Source: Haliotis cracherodii
Lineage: Eukaryota
Direction of reading: 5' to 3'
NCBI RefSeq assembly: GCF_022045235.1
Contig: NW_027266319.1
Span: 69,688,001 to 69,752,000, forward strand
DNA length: 64,000 bases
The notes under the pieces: model-generated
Told to the model about the DNA's origin: nothing
Databases searched by the model: none
What the model saw: the letters and a program-made list of their open reading frames with translations, nothing else
Made by a program: the position numbers and the translations under genes
In this document: positions 50,535 through 64,000 of the stretch, one piece after another
Layout: each line of letters begins with the position of its first letter
Position numbering within the stretch: position 1 is the first letter of the stretch

Positions 50535-51632
50535 TGTCACCTTGGGCAGCATTGGAAAACACATGTTCTTGGGACACCTTGCACAGCCTGGGATAACACA
50601 TGTTCTTGGGACACCTTGCACAGCCTGGGATAACACATGTTCTTGGGACACCTTGCACAGCCTGGGATAACACATGTTCTTGGGACACCTTGCACAGACT
50701 TGGATAACACATGTTCTTGGGACACCTTGCACAGACTTGGATAACACATGTTCTTGGGACACCTTGCACAGACTTGGATAACACATGTTCTTGGGACACC
50801 TTGCACAGACTTGGATAACAAATATTCTTTGGATACCTTGCACAGCCTTAGATAACAAATAATTTTGAGACACCTTGCACAGATTTGGATAAGAAATATT
50901 CTCGGGACACTTTGCACAGATTTGGATAACAAATATTCTCGGGACACCTTGCACAGATTGGGTAACAAATCGTCTTGGAACACCTTGCACAGCATTGGAT
51001 AACACATAAGATTGAGACACCTTGCACAGATCTGGATAACAAATCGTTTCGGGACACCTTGCACAGATTTGGATAACAAATATTCTCGGAATACCATTCT
51101 CGGGACACCTTTGGCAGCATTGGATAACACATAGTCTTGGAACACTTTGCACAGCATTGGATAACAAATAATTTTGGAACACCTTGACAGATGTGGATAA
51201 CAGATATTCTGGGGACACCTTGCACAAATTTGGATAAGAAATATTCTCGGGACACCTTGCACAGATTTGGATAACAAATAGTCTTGGAACACCTTGCCGA
51301 GCATTGGATAACAAATAAGTTTGAGACACCTTGACAGATCTGGATAACAAATATTGTGGGGACACCTCGCACAGATTTGGATAAGAAATATTCTCGGGAC
51401 ACCTCGCACAGATTTGGATAACAAATAGTTTCGGGACACCTTGCACAGATTTGGATAACAAATAGTTTCGGGACACCTTTGGCAGCATTGGATAACAAAT
51501 AGTCTTGGAACACCTTGAACAGCATTGGATAACAAATATGTTTGAGAAGCCTTGCACAGATCTGGATAACAAATATTCTCGGGACACCTTGCACACATTT
51601 TGATAACAAATAATTTTGAGACACCTTGCACA
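50535..51632. repeat. Minisatellite, 37-bp unit GGATAACACATGTTCTTGGGACACCTTGCACAGCCTG
   Basis: Period of 37 (50591 to 50628); homogeneous on the left and diverged on the right. Confidence 0.95.
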
Positions 51633-51675
51633 TCTTTTGAGTTGGTACTCTCAGGCGTAGTGAGTGTCACCCGAG

Positions 51676-51767
51676 GCAGGCACTTTGGGGGGAGTTGTTG
51701 CAGCAGTGTTAGGGCAGTGAAGCAGGCACTTTGGGGGGAGTTGTTGCAGCAGTTTTAGGGCAGTGAT
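51676..51767. repeat. Tandem duplication, ~46 bp, two copies
   Basis: GCAGGCACTTTGGGGGGAGTTGTTGCAGCAGT(G/T)TTAGGGCAGTGA occurs twice. Confidence 0.92.
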
Positions 51768-51927
51768 TCCGATAGTTCAACCAGGATGATAGGACAGTGT
51801 TCCTGGGACGGGATGACTAAGCAATGAAGGACAACTTGTTCCATAGCACCTAAATGTGTTTTTCTGGGTCACACAAGATTGAATGTGCCATGAACATCGA
51901 CAGTTAGTTTGTCTAAAGCGTTCCCAC

Positions 51928-51968
<41 letters not shown>
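51928..51968. repeat. (TAA)n microsatellite
   Basis: Read directly. Confidence 0.97.
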
Positions 51969-54839
51969 TACTTCAGGAATTCATCTGTGATTCAAAAGGG
52001 TATTCGCACCGTGATGGGTGTAATACAATGGACTGAGATAATGTTTATCCTAAAGGATTTAATAAATGTAAATAATCTCACCTTTCACAGTCACGGGGGC
52101 ATTTTGCTGAAAAAAGCAGTGTCAGTTTTAGTTTTCTGTCCAAACAAAAGCTTAACATCCCCACAAAGGACTTAGCTTATCTGCATAATTCAAACAAGGA
52201 TCAAATGTGCACTTAATTTGTACCCCGCGACTGATGCTCCACTAGGTCCAGCGTCCTAAACAGAGACTGTGGTTTTCTTAACGTGTTGGGAGAATGTGTC
52301 TGTGAATGTGTGAATGTCTGTGAATGTGTCTTTGAAAAACGTAAACCTTGTTCAAAGGTATTTTAAATGAAATTGAAAACAATGTGTATGAAAAATGGGA
52401 AATTTTGACATTTTGGGAAAAATCGTTCACACTGTTCGATGTTAATGTTTTACGAAGTATAAAACATTATTTGTGTGATAATTCAGTCAGAATAATATCT
52501 TTATAATAATTCGTCAAGTACTGTGGTTTAATCTAAGTCAACAGCAGTCAGGTGGGAAGGGACATTGTGTTGTATAGAGAGACATTACACGGTGTATATC
52601 CCTTTGTAAACACTGCATCCAGTGGCTTGAAATCAGGAAACATTATTTAAAGGGGGATCCCCAAATGACCCCTTGCCGAGCCTCGTTTTGATTACTGGGC
52701 ACCCGAAGTGTTGCTGAATTATGTTACCTACTGGTTGCTCGGCCTCTCTGACCGTCAGCTGGGTGGCAAGATGCGAGCTACCTACATCACGTATATAAGC
52801 CCTCAGTGTAACGGCGGTGCGAGACAGGACGGACGTGAAACGCGATACAACTGATGTCCATTGCTGGATTATGCCTATTTAACAAACAAAAGGGAATTTA
52901 ACGATATTGACAAGACGGTTGATTACAAACATCAAGTAACTGTATATGTTGATGATACGGGATATAAACAATACATTGTGAATGTGTAACGCGAATTAAT
53001 TTCGACGACTGTGCAACGCTGGATTTCCCGATTTTCCAACCTAACGAACTTTGTGGATGTCGTATTGTGAGAAGGCTCGTCCTGAATGGGCGGTATTGAC
53101 TAGCATGTGTAGCACACCTGGATGGCTGATGTGGTATACACGTGATAAGGCTGCAAACTGACAAGGAATACGTGAAAACACACCTGTTCTCAGGTGACAT
53201 TACATCACCGGTCGCCTTGTGTCTCTCATATACGACTCCGGTATTTGGTCAGCCTCCTAGACAACTGAAATGCAGTTTTGACGTAATGGAAGTCTGTCTG
53301 GGAGACTCGCATGCAGGGTGTCCGTCCTGCTGATATGCACGCTGACGTGCCGCTCGCTTGTGAATGGGCCTGGATATAGTCTCATCAGTATTAAGCAATG
53401 GGTCATTGCAATTTCTTTCATCAATGTCTCAAAGAAGGCAGAACCGTTCCCAGGACCATTGTTCCGACAACGCTGGCAACAGTAGGATGACCAAGGAGTT
53501 GTAGGGTTCTGATGGTGTGTCTGGAGGACTGCTAGTGGTCACTGCTATGGTCATCTGGTCATCGAGGACAACATGGTGCAGAAGATCATCAATGCCTGGA
53601 TGTGGTGTTGCCTCATGTTGAGCTTCGGGTCGGGGAAGTTTAATGGACCAGGGTAAGATTCCTTGTTCTCTACTAAAACCTCACCACACATAGGGAACAT
53701 CCTTGTCATGTGTATAGAAACACCACATTTGTGAATGGATTTCCAGCACACCTTGATGCAGACCCCGCAACAATGCTTTTACAAACCCGCGTTTAGTTCA
53801 TAGTGGATTTCAGATTTATAATCAAAATTTACCAGTAAGCTTCCTTTGCCTCTTGCATAACAACATATGCTGTCGCTATGAATATTGATGTTACAATTTT
53901 ATAATATATGTTTCTACCATTTGCTGCGTCTTTCAATGTTTAGTCCCAGAGATGACACATCTTTGAAAAGTGTCCGATGTTTATGGCCGGCACTAATCTG
54001 ATGTTTACAACGCTCATCTCAATTTACGTTCATTAATCCTAGAAAGTCGCACGGAACCTCCTGCTGTGACTCACTACAGACCGGAGTAACAGTGGCGTAT
54101 CGAGTTCAAATGAAATGTTTGTAATCTCGTGGTCCATTTAATGCGTGATCAGTTACTTCTACGATTCCCGGCGTAATTATGAATATGATTCCTAATATCT
54201 CTTTGATGTGTCCGCGTGCAAGCACGTTTCTTTTATTTTCTTCCAAGCGGAAAATTATTTTGCTACTTCCTGAGATGTTATGTTCAGAATTAGTGAAATA
54301 GGACCCGCTTACACAACTAATTGCCTGCTCACTTCATTCCGACTGCGCAGTCAGGCTGCTAATATAATGTACGTCAGTTGTTCGTTGCAAATGCATTTCA
54401 TTGAACACCATACACGGCAGAACTTTGCAATAGATTTGTGAAAAAAATAGTTTTATTCAACTGATTTGTCGTCATATGCTACCTGGAGTATATTAATTAT
54501 GCGTCAACGTGGCAGGAGAAACAAGATTGTGTAGCATAACAGGGCTTGTGAAACCGATTCAGTTTATGAACCATTTGAAATTAATATATATGTTGGAGAT
54601 TAACCATTCCTGATTTCCTAAAGGCAGTAGAATATACCAGCTGATTAAATATTAAAATATACTTTGTATGAAGATGGCTGTTGGGAATTAAGTTTTTTTA
54701 AAGAATATTTGAGCGTAATAGCAAGCAGGCTGGTTTCATTGTTTATGTTAATGCCAACTGAAGAATAATGAGAACTATGTTTGTAAATGTTGCTTGTTCT
54801 CAGTGTTAACCAGCGCTTGTTCACAGTTGGATAAGGTGC

Positions 54840-57800
54840 ACATTCACAGTGTTAATGAGGAGACATGTTCACTATGTTAATGAGGAGACATGTTCACTAT
54901 GTAACTCAGGAGACATGTTCCCTTTGTTAATGAGGAGACATGTTCACTTTGTTAATCAGGGGACATGTTCACTTTGTTAAACAAGAGACATCTTTACTGT
55001 GTAAATCAGGAGAAATGTTCACAGTGTCAATCAGGAGACATGTTCACTATGCTAATAAGGAGACATGTTCACAGTGTCAATCAGGAGACATGTTCACTTT
55101 GTTAATCAGGGGACATGTTCACTTTGTTAAACAAGAGAAATCTTTACTGTGTTAATCAGGAGACATGTTCACTGTGTTAATCAGAGGACATGTCCACTGT
55201 GTTAATTAGGTGACATATCAACTGTGTTAATTAGGTGACATGTCCACTGTGTTAATCAGGAGACATGTCCACTGTGTTAAGCAGGAGACATGTCCACTGT
55301 TTTAATTAGGTGACTTGTCCACAGTGTTAATTAGGTGACATGTCCACTGTGTTAATCAGGAGACATGTGCACTGTGTTAATTAGGTGGCATATCCACGGT
55401 GTTAATCAGGTGACATGTCCACTGTGTTAATCAGGAAAAATGTTCATGGTGTCAATCAGGAGACATGTTCACTGTGCTAATAAGGAGACATGTTCACTGT
55501 GTTAATCAGAAGATATGTCCACTGTGTTAATTAGGTGACATATCCACTGTGTTAATTAGGTGACATGTCCACTGTGTTAATCAGGAGACATGTCCATTGT
55601 GTTAATTAGGTGACATGTCCACTATGTTAATCAGGATACATGTCCACTCTGTTAATTAGGTGACTTGTCCACAGTGTTAATTAGGTGACATGTCCACTGT
55701 GTTAATTAGGTGACATGTCCACTGTGTTAATTAGGTGACATGTCCACTGTGTTAATTAGGTGACATGTCCACTGTGTTAATTAGGTGACATGTCCACTGT
55801 GTTAATAAGTTACATGTGCACTGTGTTAATTAGGTGGCATATCCACTGTGTTAATTAGGTGACATGTCCACTGTATTAATCAGGAGACATGTCCACTGTG
55901 TTAATTAGGTGACATGTCCACTGTGTTAATTAGGTGGCATGTCCACTGTGTTGATTAGGTGACATGTCAATTGTGTTAATTAGGTGACATGTCCACTCTG
56001 TTAATCAGGAGACATGTCCACTGTGTTAATTAGGTGACATGTCCACTGTGTTAATCAGGACACATGTCCACTGTGTTAATAAGGTGATAAGTCCACTGTG
56101 TTAATTAGGTGACATGTCCACTGTGTTAATTAGGTGACATGTCCACTGTGTTAATTAGGTGACTTGTCCACTGTATTAATTAGGTGATATGTCCACTGTG
56201 TTAATTAGATGACATGTCCACTGTATTAATCAGGAGACATGTCCACTGTGTTAATTAGGTGACATGTCCACTGTGTTAATTAGGAGACATGACCACTGTG
56301 TTAATAAGTTACATGTGCACTGTGTTAATTAGGTGGCATATCCACTGTGTTAATTAGGTGACATGTCCACTGTGTTAATTAGATGACATGTCCACTGTGT
56401 TAATTAGATGACATGTCCACTGTGTTAATCAGGAGACATGTCAATTGTGCTAATAAGGTGATAAGTCCACTGTGTTAATTAGGTGGCATATCCACTGTGT
56501 TAATTAGGTGACATGTACACTGTGTTAATGAGGTGACATGTCCACTGTGTAAATAAGGTGACATGTCCACTCTGTTAATCAGGAGACATGTCCACTGTGT
56601 TAATTAGGACACATGTCCACTGTGTTAATAAGGTGATAAGTCCACTGTGTTAATTAGGTGACATGTTCACTGTGTTAATCAGGACACATGTCCACTGTGT
56701 TAATAAGGTGATAAGTCCACTGTGTTAATTAGGTGACATGTTCACAGTGTTAATTAGATGACATGTTCACAGTGTTAATTAGGTGACATGTCCACTGTGT
56801 TAATCAGGATACATGTCCACTGTGTTAATTAGGTGACATATCCACTGTGTTAATTAGGTGACATGTCCAAAGTGTTAATCAGGATACATGTCCACTGTGT
56901 TAATCAGGTGACATGTCCACTGTGTTAATGAGGTGGCATGTTCACTGTGTTAATCAGAAGACATGTCCACTGTGTTAATTAGGAGACATATCAACTGTGT
57001 TAATTAGGTGACATGTCCACTGTGTTAATCAGGAGACATGTCCACTGTGTTAAGCAGGAGACATGTCCACTGTTTTAATTAGGTGACATGTCCACAGTGT
57101 TAATTAGGTGACATGTCCACTGTGTTAATCAGGAGACAAGTCCACTGTATTAATTAGGAGACATGTCCACTGTGTTAATTAGGTGACATGTCCACTGTGT
57201 TAATTAGGTGATATGTCCACTGTGTTAATTAGGTGACATGTCCACTGTGTTAATACGTTACATGTGCACTGTGTTAATTACGTGGCATATCCACGGTGTT
57301 GATTAGGTGACATGTCCACTGTGTTAATCAGGAAAAATGTTCATGGTGTCAATCAGGAGACATGTTCACTGTGCTAATAAGGAGACATGTTCACTGTGTT
57401 AATCAGAAGACATGTCCACTGTGTTAATTAGGTGACATATCCACTGTGTTAATCAGGAGACATGTCCATTGTGTTAATTAGGTGACATGTCCACTATGTT
57501 AATCAGGATACATGTCCAATGTGTTAATTAGGTGACATGTCCACTGTGTTAATCAGGATACATGTCCACTGTGTTAATTAGGTGACATGTCCACTGTGTT
57601 AATTAGATGACATGTCCACTGTTTTAATTAGGTGACATGTCCACTGTGTTAATCAGGAGACATGTCCACTGTGTTAATCAGGAGACATGTCCACTGTGTT
57701 AATCAGGAGACATGTCCACTGTGTTAATTAGGTGACATGTCCACTGTGTTAATAAGTTACATGTGCACTGTGTTAATTAGGTGGCATATCCACTGTGTTA

Positions 57801-59768
57801 ATAAGGTGACATGTCCACTGTATCAATCAGGAGACATGTCCACTGTGTTAATTAGGTGACATATCCACTGTGTTAATTAGGTGACATGTCCACTGTGTTA
57901 ATAAGTTACATGTGCACTGTGTTAATTAGGTGGCATATCCACTGTGTTAATTAGGTGACATGTCCACTGTGTTAATTAGATGACATGTCCACTGTGTTAA
58001 TTAGATGACATGTCCACTGTGTTAATCAGGAGACATGTCAATTGTGTTAATTAGGTGACATGTCCACTCTGTTAATCAGGAGACATGTCCACTGTGTTAA
58101 TTAGGTGACATGTCCACTGTGTTAATCAGGACACATGTCCACTGTGTTAATAAGGTGATAAGTCCACTGTGTTAATAAGGTGACATGTACACTGTGTTAA
58201 TTAGGTGACATGTCCACTGTGTAAATAAGGTGACATGTCCACAGCGTTAATCAGGAGACATGTCAATTGTGTTAATTAGGTGACATGTCCACTCTGTTAA
58301 TCAGGAGACATGTCCACTGTGTTAATTAGGTGACATGTCCACTGTGTTAATCAGGACACATGTCCACTGTGTTAATAAGGTGATAAGTCCACTGTGTTAA
58401 TTAGATGACATGTCCACTGTGTTAATTAGATGACATGTCCACTGTGTTAATCAGGAGACATGTCAATTGTGTTAATTAGGTGACATGTACACTGTGTTAA
58501 TGAGGTGGCATGTCCACTGTGTAAATAAGGTGACATGTCCACAGCGTTAATCAGGAGACATGTCAATTGTGTTAATTAGGTGACATGTCCACTCTGTTAA
58601 TCAGGAGACATGTCCACTGTGTTAATTAGGTGATATGTCCACTGTGTTAATCAGGACACATGTCCACTGTGTTAATAAGTTACATGTGCACTGTGTTAAT
58701 TAGGTGGCATATCCCCTGTGTTAATTAGGTGACATGTCCACTGTATTAATTAGGTGATATGTCCACTGTGTTAATTAGGTGACATGTCCACTGTATTAAT
58801 CAGGAGACATGTCCACTGTGTTAATTAGGTGACATGTCCACTGTGTTAATTAGGTGACATGTCCACTGTGTTAATAAGTTACATGTGCACTGTGTTAATT
58901 AGGTGACATGTCCACTGTGTTAGTCAGGAGACACGCCACTGTTAATTAGTTGACATTTCCACTGTGTTAATTAGATGACATGTTCACAGTGTTAATTATG
59001 TGGCATGTTCACAGTGTTATTTAGTCGATATGTTCACTGTGTTAATTAGGAGACATGTTCACTGTGTTAATCAGGAGACATGTTCACTGTGTTTATCAAG
59101 AGACATGTCCACAGTGTTTATCAAGAGACATGTCCACTGTGTTAATTAGGAGACATGTTCATGGTGTTATTCAGGAGACAAGTCCATTGTGTTAATTAGG
59201 TGACTTGTCCACTGTGTTAATTAGGCGACATGTTCATGGTGTTAATCAGGAGACATGTTCACTGTGTTTATCAAGAGACATGTACACAGTGTTTATCAAG
59301 AGACATGTCCACTGTGTTAATTAGGAGACATGTTTATGGTGTTAATCAGGAGACAGGTCCATTGTGTTATTTAGGTGACATATCCACTGTGTTAATGAGG
59401 AGACATGTTCACTGTGTTAATCGGGAGACATGTTCACAGTATTAATCTGGAGACATGTTCACTGTGTTAATCAGGAGACATGTTCACTGTGTTAATCAGG
59501 AGACATGTTCACTGTGTTTATCAAGAGACATGTCCATTGTGTTAATAAGGAGACATGTTCACGATATTAATCAGGAGACATGTTCACAGTGTTAATCGGG
59601 AGACATGTTCACAGTGTTAATCAGGAGACATGTTCACTGTGTTAATCAGGAGACATGTTCACTGTGTTTATCAAGAGACATGTCCATTGTGTTAATAAGG
59701 AGACATGTTCACGATATTAATCAGGAGACATGTTCACAGTGTTAATCGGGAGACATGTTCACAGTGTC
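54840..59768. repeat. Minisatellite, 25-bp unit AGGTGACATGTCCACTGTGTTAATT
   Basis: About 4.9 kb, ~195 copies; the longest array in the window. Confidence 0.98.
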
Positions 59769-60425
59769 AGTCAGTATGTAGCCTCTAGTTTTACCAGCAG
59801 TGGAAGGTTGACGTCCAGCTGTACACAAATATGGGGAAACTGAGAAAAGACGTACAGTGACTCACATGTAAGCAACGTGCAGACCTCGTCCAGTGATATA
59901 TTCACTCAGCCTTTCCTTAATGATTGAAATATACAAGGGGTTAAAGAGAAGAAGGGTGTCCTTAATCCCAGTAAATCCCCCACTGGCGCCCTGGGAAGAG
60001 GTGAGGCCTCGTCTAATCTGCAGCCTGTCCTTAACGGCTTATGCCATGTATGACTGGTGTAGGGGATTACCGGTTACATGCGAATGCTCTAATAACATCA
60101 GGAAAAGTTACAAAAGAGCAAGTTACGTCTTAGCTGCAGGCATCAGGGTTTACCTGTATAACTGTGACGACTGTTGTGTGTCCGGATGTAGATATTTAAG
60201 ACACAATATGTCATCCTTGCTTTCATTATGCATTAACGCTTACCTCATGTTAAACACGTAACGTACACGTTCTACTGATCCTTTTGAAAAAACGTTATAT
60301 TTTCTTCAACATAATTCGAATTTCAAAGTATAAAATTATAGGACCACCGGCTTGGTAAGTGCACGATTATCGTGTGTGCGTGCGTGCGTGTGTGTGCGCA
60401 TGTGTGTGCGTGTGCGTGTTTGGGT

Positions 60426-60554
60426 NNNNNNNNNNNNNNNNNNNNNNNNNNNNNNNNNNNNNNNNNNNNNNNNNNNNNNNNNNNNNNNNNNNNNNNNNNN
60501 NNNNNNNNNNNNNNNNNNNNNNNNNNNNNNNNNNNNNNNNNNNNNNNNNNNNNN
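60426..60554. other. Assembly gap (N run) next to a TG/TGCG microsatellite
   Basis: Ns preceded by (TG/TGCG)n at 60372-60420. Confidence 1.
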
Positions 60555-60569
60555 TGTGTCTGGTTGTAC

Positions 60570-60797
60570 TATAATACTGCTAGCCCACTGAGATGCCATG
60601 ACAGTTTAACATGGATACCCCACACTCAGACGCAGTATAGTGGCTCCGAGCCGACCATGCCTTGTTTTACCTCTTACTACCTTGCACCAGGCAGGGCAAC
60701 AACAAGTACAGTCTTTTAACGTTTTTCGGTGTGACGTTGATTGAACGACCAAGCTTCTCTGGCAGACGTTCGATCCACTTGACCACGGAGGCGGCAC
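60570..60797 (-). mobile_element. tRNA-headed MetaSINE-like element
   Basis: Minus-strand head GCCGCCTCCGTGGTCAAGTGG...GTCGTTCAATC (A and B boxes); body similar to 38618-38765. Confidence 0.6.
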
Positions 60798-60807
60798 GTC
60801 CATGAAG

Positions 60808-61480
60808 AACAATACGCAATACATCACCAAACAATACACAATACCTCACCAAATAATACACAATACCTCACCAAACAATACACAATACCCGACCAAACAA
60901 TACACAATATCCCACCAAACAATACACAATACCCCACCAAACAATACCCAATACCCAACCAAACAATACACTATACCCTACCAAACAATACACAATACAT
61001 CACCAGATAATACACAATACCTCACCAAACAATACACAATACCCTACCAAACAATACCCCACAAAACAATACACAATACCTCAGCAAACAATATACAATA
61101 CCCAGACAAATAATACACAATACCCCACCAAACAATGCACAATACCCCACCAAACAATACAACATACCCCACCAAACAATACACAATACCCCACCAAACA
61201 ATTCACATTACCCCACCAAATAATACACAATACCCCACCAAACAATACACAATACCCTACCAAACAATACTAAATGCCCTACCAAACAATACACAATACC
61301 TCACCAAACAATACACAATACCTCACCAAACAATACACAATACCTCACCAAACAATACACAATACATCATGAAACAATACACAATACCTCACCAAACAAT
61401 ACACAATACCCCACCAAACAATACACATTACCTCACCAAACAATACACAATACCCCACCAAACAATACACAATACCTTAT
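60808..61480. repeat. C/A-rich minisatellite, 22-bp unit CACCAAACAATACACAATACCY
   Basis: Read directly. Confidence 0.95.
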
Positions 61481-62029
61481 AAATTAATAGCATGATACCT
61501 AAAAACGGACACAATGCCTCACAAGATAATAACAGAAAACCTAACAAAATAATACATTATCTCCCCTTAAGACACTGTAGCATAGCAGGATGTAACAACC
61601 ATTGCGTTCTGCGAGTTTCTAATCTAACAGAGCGTTGACAACTCTATTGTGTGGTCTGTACATTATTGCTACTTAGGAATTATAAGAAATAGAGTATTGC
61701 TGACAAACAGACGCCGTAAACAAGATACTGGGGACACGGGGACATAGCTCGCGCTCTAGGCCGCCCGGACCCACCTCCCCTTCGTCCACTGTGGGAAGTG
61801 ACAGACATTACACGATACACAACACAAGCTGGAGATATGCGGGCAAGGAGACGAGCTGGTGGTTAATTGAACATTGATAAGTTTCTGCTATCAATCGTGC
61901 CGTATCACTAATTGATATGTGTGGTCCCTTTTAAACTTGTTCTTACCAATTAAATATAATAAAAGAAAATACAAAAACACGTTTGAACAGGTATATAATA
62001 ACGACAAGAAAACATTTGTGCAGTGAATG

Positions 62030-63700
62030 GTTGTGTATACGTACTGTACAGGGATACGTATCTGTATATATGACTATGTAGAGATACATATGTGTATACG
62101 AGATACGAGTCTGTATACGTACTGTGCAGAGATACGAGTCTGTATACGTACTGTGCAGAGAGACAAGTCTGTATACGTACTGTGCAGAGAGACAAGTCTG
62201 TATACGTACTGTGCAGAGATACGAGTCTGTATACGTACTGTGCAGAGATACGAGTCTGTATACGTACTGTGCAGAGAAACAAGTCTGTATATGTACTGTG
62301 CAGATAGACAAGTCTGTATATGTACTGTGCAGAGATACGAGTCTGTATACGTACTGTGCAGAGATACGAGTCTGTATACGTACTGTGCAGAGAAACAAGT
62401 CTGTATACGTACTGTGCAGAGAGACAAGTCTGTATACGTACTGTGCAGAGATACGAGTCTGTATACGTACTGTGCAGAGATACGAATCTGTATACGTACT
62501 GTGCAGAGAGACAAGTCTGTATACGTACTGTGCAGAGATACGAGTCTGTATACGTACTGTGCAGAGATACGAGTCTGTATACGTACTGTGCAGAGAAACA
62601 AGTCTGTATACGTACTGTGCAGATAGACAAGTCTGTATATGTACTGTGCAGAGATACGAGTCTGTATACGTACTGTGCAGAGATACGAGTCTGTATACGT
62701 ACTGTGCAGAGAGACACGAGTCTGTATACGTACTGTGGAGAGATACGAGTCTGTATACGTACTGTGCAGAGATACGAGTCTGTATACGTACTGTGGAGAG
62801 ATACGAGTCTGTATACGTACTGTGCAGAGAGACAAGTCTGTATACGTACTGTGCAGAGATACGAGTCTGTATATGTACTGTGCAGAGATACGAGTCTGTA
62901 TACGTACTGTGCAGAGAGACAAGTCTGTATACGTACTGTGCAGAGATACGAGTCTGTATACGTACTGTGCAGAGAGTCAAGTCTGTATATCAGTACTGTG
63001 GAGAGATACGAGTCTGTATATGTATTGTGCAGAGATACGAGTCTGTATACGTACTGTGCAGAGATACGAGTCTGTATACGTACTGTGGAGAGATACGAGT
63101 CTGTATACGTACTGTGCAGAGAGACAAGTCTGTATACGTACTGTGCAGAGAGACAAGTCTGTATATGTACTGTGCAGAGATACGAGTCTGTATATGTACT
63201 GTGCAGAGATACGAGTCTGTAGATGTACTGTGCAGAGATACGAGTCTGTATACGTACTGTGCAGAGAGACAAGTCTGTATACGTACTGTGCAGAGAGACA
63301 AGTCTGTATATGTACTGTGCAGAGATACGAGTCTGTATACGTACTGTGCAGAGATACGAGTCTGTATACGTACTGTGCAGAGATACGAGTCTGTATACGT
63401 ACTGTGGAGAGATACGAGTCTGTATACGTGCTGTGCAGACATACGAGTCTGTATACGTACTGTGCAGAGATACGAGTCTGTATACGTACTGTGCAGAGAT
63501 ACGAGTCTGTATACGTACTGTGCAGAGATACGAGTCTGTATACGTACTGTGCAGAGATACGAGTCTGTAATCGTACTGTGCAGAGATACGAGTCTGTATA
63601 CGTACTGTGGAGAGATACGAGTCTGTATACGTACTGTGGAGAGATACGAGTCTGTATATGCACTGTGCAGAGATACGAATGTGTATACGTAATGCAGTTA
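62030..63700. repeat. Minisatellite, 29-bp unit GAGATACGAGTCTGTATACGTACTGTGCA
   Basis: About 55 copies with two main variants (GATACGAG and GAGACAAG). Confidence 0.97.
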
Positions 63701-64000
63701 TACGTATATGTATGCGTGCTTTGAAGAGACACGTCCATGGCTGCGTATTGTAGAGACATATAGATATGTGTTGGGTCTGTGCAATTAAATTCTGAAAGGT
63801 ACGTACTTGATTATGAATATCAAAGATGAATTCCCGATACATTTCATTCAGACGGACATATTTCAAACGTTGAATTATTGTTGATGCTATTATGGAAAAC
63901 CTTGCATTCAGCTGCAAGTGTCGACAGGTGTAGGCTGGGGGTTACTCGGTAATACATTGCTATCTCTCGCTCAAGTGTCCCCATTGCGATAAATTATGAT

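Noticed and set aside
61755-61800. GC-rich GGCCGCCCGGACCCACCTCCCC stretch as an HDV-like ribozyme
   Set aside because: No complementary P1 3' strand was found downstream.
6416-63917. Long ORFs of 200-655 aa (e.g. 6873-8654, 40775-41854, 44161-45340, 46783-48396, 50337-51670, 61950-63917)
   Set aside because: They coincide with minisatellites whose units lack stops, are open in several frames and strands, and show no codon-level constraint or splice context.

Overview
Eukaryotic, repeat-rich animal DNA. A mollusc, possibly a gastropod such as abalone, is inferred from the SINE types. The only convincing host gene is the terminal coding exon of a Wnt5 orthologue (2740-3201, +), followed by an inferred ~2.2 kb 3' UTR. 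About half of the window (~31 kb by my hand count) consists of ~20 unrelated minisatellite arrays with 12-87 bp units; these produce almost all the long ORFs in the ORF track. Between 22.5 and 39 kb lies a nest of decayed mobile elements: an old LINE ORF2 in which two tandem arrays have expanded, two DD34E Tc1 transposons, a Gypsy provirus with Gmr1-like INT-RT-RH order, several tRNA-derived SINEs with target-site duplications, an R4/Dong endonuclease fragment and an L2 LINE. The most unusual item is a broken ORF (37241-38380) resembling a Polinton/Maverick (adintovirus-like) major capsid protein, i.e. a candidate endogenous viral element. There are two assembly gaps. I found no intact novel multi-gene system. 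Family assignments come from remembered motifs, not from database searches, and array edges are approximate.
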